A stretch of DNA of 64,000 bases from Felis catus (taxonomy: Eukaryota): contig NC_058368.1 in assembly GCF_018350175.1 (NCBI RefSeq), positions 11,532,001 through 11,596,000 on the forward strand, read 5' to 3'. The position numbers were made by a program, and so were the translations under genes. Positions 1 through 11,628 of the stretch are shown in pieces. Position 1 is the first letter of the stretch. Every line of letters starts with the position of its first letter. Below the pieces are notes generated by a model. That model saw nothing but the letters and a program-made list of their open reading frames with translations. It did not search any database and was not told the origin of the DNA.

Positions 1-900
1 ATAATTTGGCTATTGAATAGTACGGCTATAAACATTGGGGTATATGTGAGCCTTCAACAGCACTCTTGTATCCTTTGCATAAATTCCTAGTAGTAGTAGG
101 AATTACTGCCAGGTAGTAGGGTAGTTCTCTTTTTAATTTTTTGAAGAACCTCCACACTGCTTTCAAGAATGGCTGCAAGAGTTTGCATTCCTACCAACAG
201 TGCAAGAGGGTTCCCCTTTGTCCACATCCTCACTAACATCTGTTGTTTCCTGAGTTGTTAATTTCAGCTACTCTGACCCATGAGAGGTGATATCTCAATG
301 TGGTTTTGATTTGTATTTCCCTAATGATGAGTGATGCTGAGCATCTTGTCATGTGTCTGCTTGCCATCTGGATGTCTTCTCTGGAAAAGAATCTATTCAC
401 GTCACCTACCCGTTTCTTCACTGGACTATTTGTTTTTTGGGTGTTGTGTTTGTTAAGTTCTTTATGGAAATAACCCTTATCCAATATGTCATTTGCAAAT
501 ATCTTCTCCCTTTCCATTGGTTGCCTTTTAGTTTTATTGTTTCCTTTGCTGTGCAGAAGCTTTATATCTTGATGAAGTCTCAATAGTTAATTTTTGTTTT
601 TATTTCCCTTCCCTTTGGAGACATGTCAAGTAAGAAGTTGCTGTGGCCAAGGTCAAAGAGGTTGCTGCTTATTTTCTCCTCTAGGATTATTAATGGCTCC
701 TGTCTCATATTTAGGTATTTCATCCGTTTTGAATTTATTTTTGTGTATGGTTTAAGTGGTCCAGGTTCATCCTTTTGCATGCTGCTGTCCAGTTCTCCCA
801 GCACCATTTGCTAAAAGAAACTGTCTTTTTTCCATTGGATATGCTTTCCTGCTTTGTTGAAGACCGGTTGGCCATACATTTGTGGGTCCATTTCTAGATT
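1..900 (-). mobile_element. LINE-1 (carnivore/felid L1) 3' ORF2 fragment, non-inverted part; runs off the window start
   Basis: ORF remnants 233..583 and 580..807 resemble the L1 ORF2p C-terminus ([29 protein letters not shown]), with frameshifts. Confidence 0.92.
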
Positions 901-1050
901 CTCAAAGACTCTGAATAGCCAAAGTAACGTTGAAAAAGAAAACCAAAGCTGGAGGCATCACAATCCCAGACTTCAGCCTGTCTTGCAAAGCTATAATCAT
1001 CAAGACAGTATGGTATTGGCACAAAAACAGACACATAGGTCAAAGCAATA
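901..1050 (+). mobile_element. Inverted 5' segment of the same L1 (twin-priming inversion)
   Basis: Plus-strand L1 ORF2 sequence (aaagctggaggcatcacaatcccagacttc...ggcacaaaaacagacacatag) that in L1 lies immediately upstream of the point where the minus-strand fragment begins. Confidence 0.8.
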
Positions 1051-4000
1051 AAGCATGGAAATTTAAAAATCAGTCTCTGCTTTGAGGAAGCCCAGAGACC
1101 AATAGGAAGCTGAGACCTTGCCCTTAAAGATCCAGCACAACACACAAGCCATAGAGATCTAGCTTGGAAACAGCAGTTTGAAAGGCAACTGGAGCTCACA
1201 GGAAGGAGAGTTAGTTACTAATCTGAGTTTGCTGAGGGACTTCAGGAACAAAAGAGCTGGCAGGTGCCATTTCCCTCCCTTGCCCCTCATCATAAACACA
1301 CAGCCACCTGCAGGAACCAGCAAGTCTCCACAACTCACTAACTTCCTTGCACCAGGCCTTGCCCTCCCCAGCCAGACCTGCCTCAGTCCCAGTGCTGTGG
1401 ATCAACTCGCCCAGAACACCTAGGCAAATCTTGCCAACACTACACTCCTGACCACCCATGGAACACATGTACAACTTATTAAAACTTCACCCTCCCCACC
1501 TCGGGAGCTGTGCTGAGCTTATGTGTCCAGCATGGGAGCACCCAAATGCATAAAACAGTTAATAAGAAACAAAGGAATTGGTAGTAATACAATAGTAGGG
1601 GACTTTAACACCCCACTTACATCAATGGACAGATCATCCAAATAGACAGTCAACAATACTAGCTTTCAATGACAACCTAGAACATTTACCAGATGTATTC
1701 AGAACATTCCATCCTAAAATGGCAGAATACACATTCTTTTCAAATGCACATGGAACATTCTCTAGAATAGGTCACATATTAGCCCACAAAACAAGTCGTA
1801 ACAAATGCGCAAAGATCAATATCATACCATGCATATTTTCTGACTACAACACTATGAAACTAGAAGTCAACCACGAAAAAATCTGAAAAGACCACAAATG
1901 CATGGAGATTAAATAACATGCTAACAAACAATGGATCAACCAGGAAATAAAAGAAGGAATTAAAAAATACATGCAAATAAGAGAAAATGAAAACACAACA
2001 GTCCAAAACTTTGGGATGCAGCAAAAGTGGTCCTAAGAGGCAAGTTTATAGCAATACAGGCCTATGTCAAGAAGAAAAATCTCCAACACTCTAACCTTAC
2101 ACAAGAAATAATAAAGATTAGAGCAGAAAAAAAAAATGATATAGAAACTAAAAACAGTAAAATAGGTCAATGAAACCAGGAACTAATTACTTAAAAAAAA
2201 TCAACAAAATTGATAAATCTCTAGCCAGACTCATCAAAAAAAAAAAAAAAGGAAAGAAAGAAACAGAGAGAAAACAAAAATCACAATGAAAGAGGAGAAA
2301 TAACACTGAAATATAAACAACTATATGTGAATATTATGAGAGTATATGCCAACAAATTAGACAACCTAGAAGAAATGGGTAAATTCCTAGAAACACATAA
2401 CCTACAAGACCTGAAGGAGGATCAAATAGAAAATTTGAACAGACTGGGTACCAGCAAGGAGATTGAATCAGTAATCCAAAACCCCCCCAAAACAAACATC
2501 CATGACCAGAGAGCTTCAAAGGCAAATTCTACCAAAAATCTCAAGAAGAGCTAATACCTATTCCCAAACTGTTTGAAAAAAATAGAAGAGGATGCAAAAC
2601 TTCCAAATTCAATCTATGATTGATCGTATCAACCTGACACCAAAACCAGATAAAGCCACCACAAAAACAAAAAGAAAACAAACAAACACTACAGGCCAAA
2701 ATCTGATGAACATAGGTGTAAAAATCCTCAACAAAATACAAGCAAAATGAATCCAACAATGCGTTAAAAAAAAAATCATTCACCTGAATCCAGTGGGATT
2801 TATTCTCAGAATATAAGAGTGGTTCAATATTCACAGATCAATGTGACATCACATCAATAAAAGAATAAAAACCATGTGATCGTTTCAATGGACACACACA
2901 CACACACTTTTGACAAGATCCATTCATGATAAAAGCTCAACAAAGTAGGTTTAGAGGAAACATACTTTATAATAAAGGCCATATATGGAAAAATGCACAG
3001 TGAATATCATACTCAATGGGGAAAAACTGAGAGCTTTTCCCCTCAGGACAGGAACAGGACAAGGAGACCCACTCTCACCACTTTTATTCAACATAGTACT
3101 GTAAGTCTTAGCCACAGCAATCAGACAACATAAACAAAAGGTACCAAATTGCCTTTTGAAAGTAAAACTTTCACTATTTGCATATGACAGGATACTATAC
3201 AGAGAAAGCCTACAAGACTCAAAAAACTACTAGAACTGGTGAATGAATTCAGTAAAACCACAAGATACAAAGTCCATGTGTATAAATCTGTTGGATTTTT
3301 ATGTACTAATAATGAAGCAGCAGAAAGAGAAATTAAAACAATCCCACTGCACCAAAAATAATAAGACACCTAGAAATAAACCCAACCAAAGAGGTGAAAC
3401 ACCTATATTCTGAAAACTATAAAATGATGAAAGAAATTGAAGATGACACAAAGAAATGGGGGGGGGGGGGAATGCATGCTCATGGGTTTGAGGAACAAAT
3501 ATTGTTAAAATGTCTATACCATCCCAAGCAATCTATAGCTTCAATAGAAACCCTACCAAAATACCTATAGCAACTTTTCACAGAACTAGAACAATCCCAA
3601 AATTTGTATGGAACCACAAAAGACCTTGAAGAGCCAAAGCAATCTTGAAAAAGAAAAGCAAAGCCGGTGGTATCACACAAAAAGAGGCTCAGCATAATTT
3701 ATCATCAGGGAAAAGCAAATCAAAACTACGATGAGATATCACCTCACACCTGACAGAATGGCTAAAATCAGTAAACCAAGAAACAGCACATGTTTGTGAG
3801 GATGTGGAGAAAGGGGAACCCTCCCGCACTGTTGGTGGGAATACAAACTGGTGCAGCCACTGTGGAAAGCAGTGTGGAAAATCCTCAAAAACTTAAGAAT
3901 AGAACTACCCTATGGTCCAGCAATTGCACTACTAGGTATCTACCCAAAAAAATACGAAAACACTAATTCAAAGGGATACGTGCACCCCTAGATTTATTGC

Positions 4001-4540
4001 AGCATTATTACAATAGCTAAATTATGGAAGCAGCCCAAGTATCCACTGATACATGAATGGAGAAAGAGGTGGTATGTATGTATATGTATGTACATGTGTA
4101 TGTATACATGCATATTCATACATACACATGTGCAATGGAATATTCAGTCCTAAAAAAGGAAATCTTGCTCTTTGCAACAAAGGAATGGACCAAGAGAGTA
4201 CAATGCTAAGCAAAATAAACCAATCAGAGCAAGAAAAATACCATATGATTTCACTTGTGTATGGAATTTAAGAAACAAATGAACAAAGGGGGCGGGGGGA
4301 AAGAGAAACCAAAAAGCAGACTCTTAACTACAGAGAACAGAGGGTTACCAGAGGGGAGGTGGGTGGGGGAATGAATGAAATATGTGTAGGGAATTAAGAG
4401 CACACTTATCTTGATGAGCACTGAGTAATATATGGAATTCTTGAATCACTGTATTGTATACCTTCAATGAACATAACACCTTATGCTAACTACACTGGAA
4501 TTAAAAGAAAGAAGAGAGAAGGAGAAAGCAAAGAAAGAAA
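1051..4540 (+). mobile_element. Older, internally deleted LINE-1 (5'UTR-like part, decayed ORF2 EN/RT, 3'UTR and A-rich tail)
   Basis: Degenerate ORF2 motifs (gtaggggactttaacaccccac; YANKLDNLEEMGKFLE), an apparent internal deletion near 3680, carnivore L1 3' end 'tatgctaactacactggaattaaaa' at about 4480-4505. Confidence 0.88.
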
Positions 4541-5439
4541 TTTCAACAGTACATTGCAACCTATAGTAATAAAATGCGGAGGCTTAATTTTTAATTTTAT
4601 AAAACAACAGATTTGCTAATGTGGAAATGTTCTACTTTTCCTCTATTTCTTAACCTCCTCTCCTTCTAACGTAGGTGAGGAAAACTGTGTAAAAGGCCCT
4701 TTAAAGCTTCAGCCCCACACTAGCTGAGCCCAGTAAGAACTGCAGACCTGCATTCAAATCTCCTGGGTATAGTGTTACACCTGTTACTGAAGCATTAATT
4801 TTTCACCTCCCCAGGGACCCAAAGAAATGGAGAGGAGGTGAGGTGTAGAGATATCCACCCAAAGGAAAGAGTAGATATCTAATAGGCGCTTTCATAAGAG
4901 AAATGCCTCCTCATATCTCAGTGCTTTCTGGCACCAAAACAGTATACACTTTTTATCCACTGGCATAAAAGCAAGTTAAATAGGTGCACCGTAACTTGGA
5001 CTTAAGTCGATTAAAATTATATTCTCCAAATAGTGTCTTAGAGCACCATACATTTAGAGATACGTATTATTCCTACTCATTGGCGAGAACACTTAAGAAT
5101 GTTAGTACAGCTGTGATTAAGATGCTTGTAGTCATTACACAACACACGAACGGACATGCATACACAAACACACACAGAGGCACATCTTAAGGTGCTTCTG
5201 GTTCCAAATCCTAACACTGTTCTTTTCAGCGAATTGTAGAATCCTAGAAATAAGGGTACCTCCTGCTGCTTGTATCAATAGCTTATACCTGCTTCCAAAT
5301 ACCTGCCTGAATATAAAAGTGACTACAGGTGAATTTTATGGCCTATTATACCTCCATAAACCTGGGTGTTTTAAGTTTTTGATACACTTACTTAGGATTA
5401 TTAACATGTGAATACCTATCATGAGCGGAGTTTTTTCCT

Positions 5440-6770
5440 TCATTCACAAATATTTATGTGCCCAATGTGAGCTCGGCATGGTTTCAGGAGTTCTCCAATT
5501 GCAAAAACATATGACAGCTCTCTATTCAAGGAGCTTACATTTTACTGGAGGAAGATGTACTGGTTTCTTTATGCCAGGTTGTGTTGAGTGCCATGAACAA
5601 AACAAGGACAGAGAGTAACTGTAGTGTGGTGCTACTTCAGAAGGGGGTCAAAGCCTTAATAAGATCAGAGAAGAGGTCTGAAAGAAACTAAGGACACAAT
5701 ACGAGCATCTGGGGGAAAGAGCATATCAGCAAAGGGGAAAACAAATGCAAAGATCCTGAAGCAGGAGCATGATCCCATTGTTGAAAGGACAGGAAGGAAG
5801 CCAGCGACTAGAGTAAAATGAGTGAAGAGGAGAGTGGTCAGAGAGGACAGCAGAAAAGGTTATGCGAGTCAGGAAGGACTTGATTCTTTACTGAGTGAAA
5901 TGGAAAGTCACTGGATTCGGGTGGCAGAGCAGTGACATGCTTTTGTTGTAAAAGAATTATTCTGTTTGGGGTACCTGGGTGGCTCAGTCAGTTAAGCATC
6001 CAACTCGATTTTGGCTCAGGTTGTGAGCTCATGGTTCATGAGTTCGAGCCCTATGTTGGGTTCTGCACGGACACTGCTTGGGATTGTCTGTCTCCCTCTC
6101 TCTACCTCTCTCTCTCTCTGCTGCTCCTTCTCTTTCTCTCCCCCAACCCCCCCCCCAAAAACAAACATTAAAAAACATTATCCTTACAAAGGATATATTT
6201 AAGTTATGAAAAAGCACTGGAAATAGTGGCAATGGTTGTATAATGTTGTGAATGTACTTAATGCTGCTCAACTGTGCATTTAAAATGGCAAATTTCATGT
6301 TATATACATTTCACCACAATAAAAGGAAATTTTTAGAAAAGGGTCATTCTGGCTGCTATGTGCAAAATAGACTATAGAAGGGCAGGAGCAGAAAGACCAG
6401 CTAGAAGGCTGTTATAATAGTACAGTCAATAGGTAATGAAGGCTGGGACTGGGGGTAGTGGCAACAGAGGTGATTACAAGTTAGTATGTTCCGGAAATAT
6501 TTCAGAGGTAGAGCTAACAGGACTTGATGACATGTGAAACGTAAGAGACTCCAAAATTTGGTCTGAACCAATGGAAGAATAGAATTTCCATTTACGGAGA
6601 TGAGGAAGTATATGTTTGAGAGGTGGAAGTCACGATTTAATTTTCAGATATGTTAACAATGAGATACCTAATTATACAACTAAGACCAGATGGTGAGCAA
6701 ATGGGTGGATATGCAAGTCTGGTGTTGAGAAGTCTGTACTAAAGACATATAGATGGTCTTTAAAACTACT
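5440..6770 (-). mobile_element. LINE-2 fragments interrupted by a SINE and an old L1 3' fragment (about 6190-6325)
   Basis: L2 tail 'cattcacaaatatttatgtgccc' and purine-rich L2 body 'agaccagctagaaggctgttataatagt'. Confidence 0.6.
5968..6175 (+). mobile_element. Can-SINE (SINEC family)
   Basis: ggggtacctgggtggctcagtcagttaagc head, (CT)n tract, A tail. Confidence 0.92.
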
Positions 6771-6949
6771 GAAGAAAAAAAAAACCAGAATACTCACCTA
6801 TCTCCCTTGTAAGAATCAGAAGGTAAAGGCAATGAATTTGAAAACTCTAGTTGTGTGTTACATCATGTGGGAAAGTTAACATACCAATACCCAGGCGCCA
6901 TAAGTGCGAAGTATGCTCGAATTCCAGGAGTGTTTAGAAGTTGGAATCT

Positions 6950-7163
6950 GGGGGTGGCTGGGTGGCTCAGTTGGTTAAGTGTCTGACTTCAGCTCAGGTC
7001 ATGATCTCACAGTTTAGGAGTTTGAGCCCAACATTGGGCTCTGTGCTGACAGCTTAGAGCCTGGAGCCAGCTTTGGATTCTGTGTCGCCCTCTCCCTCTT
7101 TGCCCCTCCCCTGCTCATGCTCTGCCCACCCACTCCCCCCTCTCAAAAAAAAAAAAAAAAAAA
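6950..7163 (+). mobile_element. Can-SINE (SINEC_Fc-like)
   Basis: tRNA-like head, poly-A tail, TSD agaagttggaatctg / aaaagttgaaatctg. Confidence 0.93.
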
Positions 7164-7218
7164 GTTGAAATCTGTTGCCAAGATTGAAACTCTGCCTTAG
7201 TGATTCTCAAATCACCCA

Positions 7219-7425
7219 GGGGCACCTGGGTGGCTCAGGTGGTTAAGGGTCAACTCTATTTTGGCTCAGGTCATGATCTCCTGGTTCTTGAGATTGAGCC
7301 CCACATCAGGTTCTGCTCTGATGATGCAGAGCGTGCTTGGGATTCTCCCTCTGCCCCTCCCCCAGTCACGCATGCTTGAGCACTCTAAATAAATACATTA
7401 ACTTTAATCTAAAAAAAAAAAAAAA
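7219..7425 (+). mobile_element. Can-SINE
   Basis: ggggcacctgggtggctcag head, poly-A tail, TSD aatcacc(c)aggg. Confidence 0.92.
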
Positions 7426-7564
7426 GGAATCACCAGGGGGTGCTTGTCAAAAATAAAGACTCCCTCAGTCAAATCCAGAGCAGGGACTACCAAATAAGCA
7501 ATTATTAAGAACTATCCCATATTTGCAAGACATTTAATTAGAATAAATTATACAGCAAAGTGTT

Positions 7565-7768
7565 CTTTAATGTTTTTATTTATTTTTGAGAGAAAGAGCA
7601 TAAGCAGGGAGGGGCAGAGAGAGAGAGAGGGAGACACAGAATCCTAAGCAGGCTCCAGGCTCTGAGCTGTCAGCACAGAGCCTGACATGGGGCTCAAACT
7701 CACAAACCATGAGATCATGACCTGAGCCGAAGTCAGACACTCAACTGACTGAGCCACCCAGGTGCCCC
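7565..7768 (-). mobile_element. Can-SINE (SINEC_Fc-like)
   Basis: Reverse complement of the consensus, ending gagccacccaggtgcccc; TSD aagtgttctt. Confidence 0.93.
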
Positions 7769-9239
7769 AAGTGTTCTTTCTTTCTTCTAAAGCACACTAC
7801 CCATTGTTTTTCAATATACACAATTTGTTTAGTGATTCGACCCCAAATCTGTCATCGATTTGTGACTTTGTATTTGAGGTCACAGGAAGGGACTGGCTAG
7901 AATTCACTGAAGTCCACTTACAGATCAGTTTCTCAGCAGATGCTTCCTTCTGTGACCATCTCTTCCAGCCCAGACACTGATTTTAACAGCAATCTCTTGC
8001 CCTAGCATTGTGCACTAATTCAGGTTCCAAGAACTTTCACCTCCTGCCACCAACTTCTGGAAGTTCCTGAGCAATGATGTTGAGAAAACTCCCCCTTGCT
8101 CCTCTCTACTATTTCCAACCCTTTTCTCCTCACTTCTATTTCAAAAAGTCCAGAGACTTGGAAATTCATGCCACCCAGCTGTATTAGCAGTCCTTCCCCA
8201 ACCCAATCACCATCACCACAGGAGTGGTTGTGAACCTTGGCTGTACAATAGAATCATTAAGGAAACTTGTTAAAGATTCAAAGGCACAGGCCCCACCCCA
8301 GACTCTTTAAATCAAACCCTGAAGGGAGGGCTCTGCCTTAGTAAATTTATAAAGTTCTTCCTATGATTTTAAGTGACAGCTGTGGTTGATATCTGCTGAT
8401 CAAAAACCCTCCTGTTCACACCCCCTAAAACTATAGGTAATTGCTCACTACCTTCTTCACCCCAACTTCTGATACTGTTCTTAGGGACTCCCAACATCCT
8501 CATGCATGACCCACAGAAAATTTTGTCCCATCAGTTTTAGCATTTTTACCTTCAGAGGTCTTCACCCCTCTACTCCACCTTGACCACCCAATTTCACAGC
8601 TATACTAAAACCCTATCAGCAGCACTAAGTCTACCAGCTGCAGGATCTCACCTTTCAGCACCCCACTCAGGAATCCTTCCAGTTCCCTTTTACTCTAGCC
8701 CCTACCTGATCTCATTGTTCTTTTCCCATCGTGAATAATAATCTGTAGAACTCACTACTTTTCCCAGTACCCATCCCCTAGCTGCTCTCTGCTGAACAAG
8801 TTTCAATTTCAGGGACTATAATCACTCCCTTGCTGACATTCTCAAATATCTTACACCTATCACACTCAACTAGTTACAACTATGGTCTACACTTTCCACA
8901 CCTGCACCAGATTTGTTTACATGTGACATTTCTAGAACACAACTGCAAGCAAACCTAGTTCAAATAGCACCAAGTCTCCAAATGAGCTCCCAAAGCTATC
9001 AGAAAATCCTACAATTACCCTTTCCTGATAATGTCAAATTCCTAGTACTTTCTTCTACCTTGCTTTTTCCTCATCAGCTTCCCATGCCTTTCCCTTCCTA
9101 TCCCACCTCAGCTGAAGACTTTGCTTCATAATGCATTGAGTAAATGACACAAATCACAGGGTCTCATCTTCACCCCCAAATCCATAAGCCTGTCTTTAGC
9201 CCCATGTTCTAGGTGCTCCATCCTTTCCAATAGAATATT

Positions 9240-10590
9240 GAAACAGAATAGAGAACCCAGAAATGGACCCACAAACGTATGGCCAACTAATCTTTGACAA
9301 AGCAGGAAAGAACATCCAATGGAATAACGACAATCTCTTCAGCAAATGATGCTGGGAAAACTGGACAGCGACATGCAGAAAAATGAACCTGGACCACTTT
9401 CTTACACCATATCCAAAAATAAACTCAAAATGGATGAAAGACCTAAATGTAAGACAGGAAGCTGTCAACATCCTAGAGGAGAAAGCAGGCAAAAACTTCT
9501 TTGACCTCGGCTGCAGCAACTTCTTAACACAACTTTGGAGGCAAGGGAAACAAAAGCAAAAATGAACACTTGGGACCTCACCAAAATAAAAAGCTTCTGC
9601 ACAGAGAAGGAAACAATCAGCAAAACTAAAAGGCAACAGATGGAATGGGAGAAGATATTTTCAAATGACATATCAGATAAAGGGATAGTATCCAAAAATC
9701 TACGAAGAACTTATCAAACTCAACACCCAAAAAACAAATAATCCAGTGAAGAAATGGGCAAAAGAAATGAATAGGCACTTGTCCAAAGAAGACATTCAGA
9801 TGGCTGACAGACACATGAAAAAATGCTCAACATCACTCATCATCAGGGAAATACAAATCAAAACCACAATGTGATACCACCTTACACCTGTCAGAATGGC
9901 TAACATTAATGACTCAGGCAACAACAGATGTTGACGAGGATGTGGAGAAAGAGGATCTCTTTTGCATTGTTGGTGGGAATGCAAGCTGGTGCAGCCACTC
10001 TGGCAAACAATATGGAGGTTCCTCAAAAAATTAAGGATAGAACTACCCTACGACCCAGCATTTGCACTATTAGGTATTTATCCAAAGGATACAGCAGTGC
10101 CCCTGATTCAAAGGGGCACATGCACCCAAATGTTTATAGCAGCACTATCAACAATAGCCAAAGTATGGAAAGAACCCAAATGCCCATTGATGGATGAATG
10201 CATAAAGAAGATGTGGTATACATATACAACGGAGTATTACTCGACAATCAAAAAGAATGAAATCTTGCCATTTGCAACTACATGGATGGAACTGGAGGGT
10301 ATTACACTAAGTGAAATTGAGAAAGATATATCATGACATCACTGGAATGTGATGATTTTAAGATACAAAAGAGATGAACATAAGGGAAGGGAAGCAAAAA
10401 TAATATAAAAACAGGAAGGAGGACAAAACCTAAGAGACTCTCAAATATGGAGAACAAACAGAGGGTTGATGGAGGGGTTGTGGGAGGGGGGATGGGCTAA
10501 ATGGGTAAGGGGCATTAAGGAATCTACTCCTGATATCATTGTTGCATTATATGCTAACTTGGGTGTACATTAAAAAATTAATTTAAAAAA
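9240..10590 (+). mobile_element. 5'-truncated felid LINE-1 (L1_Fc-like), inserted in L2-derived sequence
   Basis: ORF2 C-terminal remnants ([32 protein letters not shown]), L1 3'UTR, A-rich tail at about 10570-10590. Confidence 0.95.
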
Positions 10591-11628
10591 ATTTACTCTT
10601 TCCACTCAGACCTAATCACTCCACTTGTGCTCTGGATTTCATCTCTTCTCCCTCTCAAAGGCTTTGCTTCTATGGGCAGATCCTTTATCAGCTGTATCAT
10701 CAACTTCTCTCTACTGAATTATTTCCATTAACGTACAAACTTAATGCCTCACATTCCCCTCAAAAGCCCTTCTGGCTATCTCCAATTTCTCAGTTTTTTA
10801 ACAGCAAAACTTCTCCAAAATATTATCTCTATTCACGGTCTTGACTTTCTTTACTCTGGCTTCCATCCTACCATTCTATCAAAACTTCTCCTTTCAAGAT
10901 CACCAGCAACCTTCACGTCACCATTCCAACAGAGATGTCTATCTGCATCTTTCTCACTCACCACAGGTATGGACTCAACCAGCCTCAAAATCCTGTTTTA
11001 GCTTTGCTTTCATGACACCATCCTCTTCCTATCCCTCTTGACCTCCTATTTTATCTCTAACCTCTTGTTACTCTAAGTGTGATCCAGAAGACCAGGGGCA
11101 TTGATAGCATCTGGGAGTTTGTTAGGTTTGCAGACTCAGACCCCAAACCTACTCAATCACACTCCTCAATTAACATGATCACCAGATAACTCCTGGAACA
11201 TGAACGTTTTGGGATCGTTGCTGTAAATGTTCATGTGCCCCAGAGCCTTGGGCTGTACTTTCTTCCCACGTGGTCCTGTCCAGATCCAAGGCTTTAAGAA
11301 CTCTATTTTTTTTATCTTCAAATCTCTGCCATAGCTCTGACAGCTCTCCTAAATCCCAAATTCATATACTCAACAGCCTACAGGACATGTGCATTTGGAG
11401 GTCTCAAATATTTCAAACCTAGTGTGTTGAAAAAGAAACTCTCCCCATCTCACTACTGAGTTCCACCAAAGTAAAAATTCAATTTACCAAGCCCTCACAA
11501 TGATATTGGTATGATCCTCAATGCAGAACATGTATCAGCTCCTTTAGTCCTCATACTACCGCTAAGGGACAGGTACGATTATTGTTCCCATTTTACAGAA
11601 GAGTAAGTGAGACATGGAGAGTTAAGTA

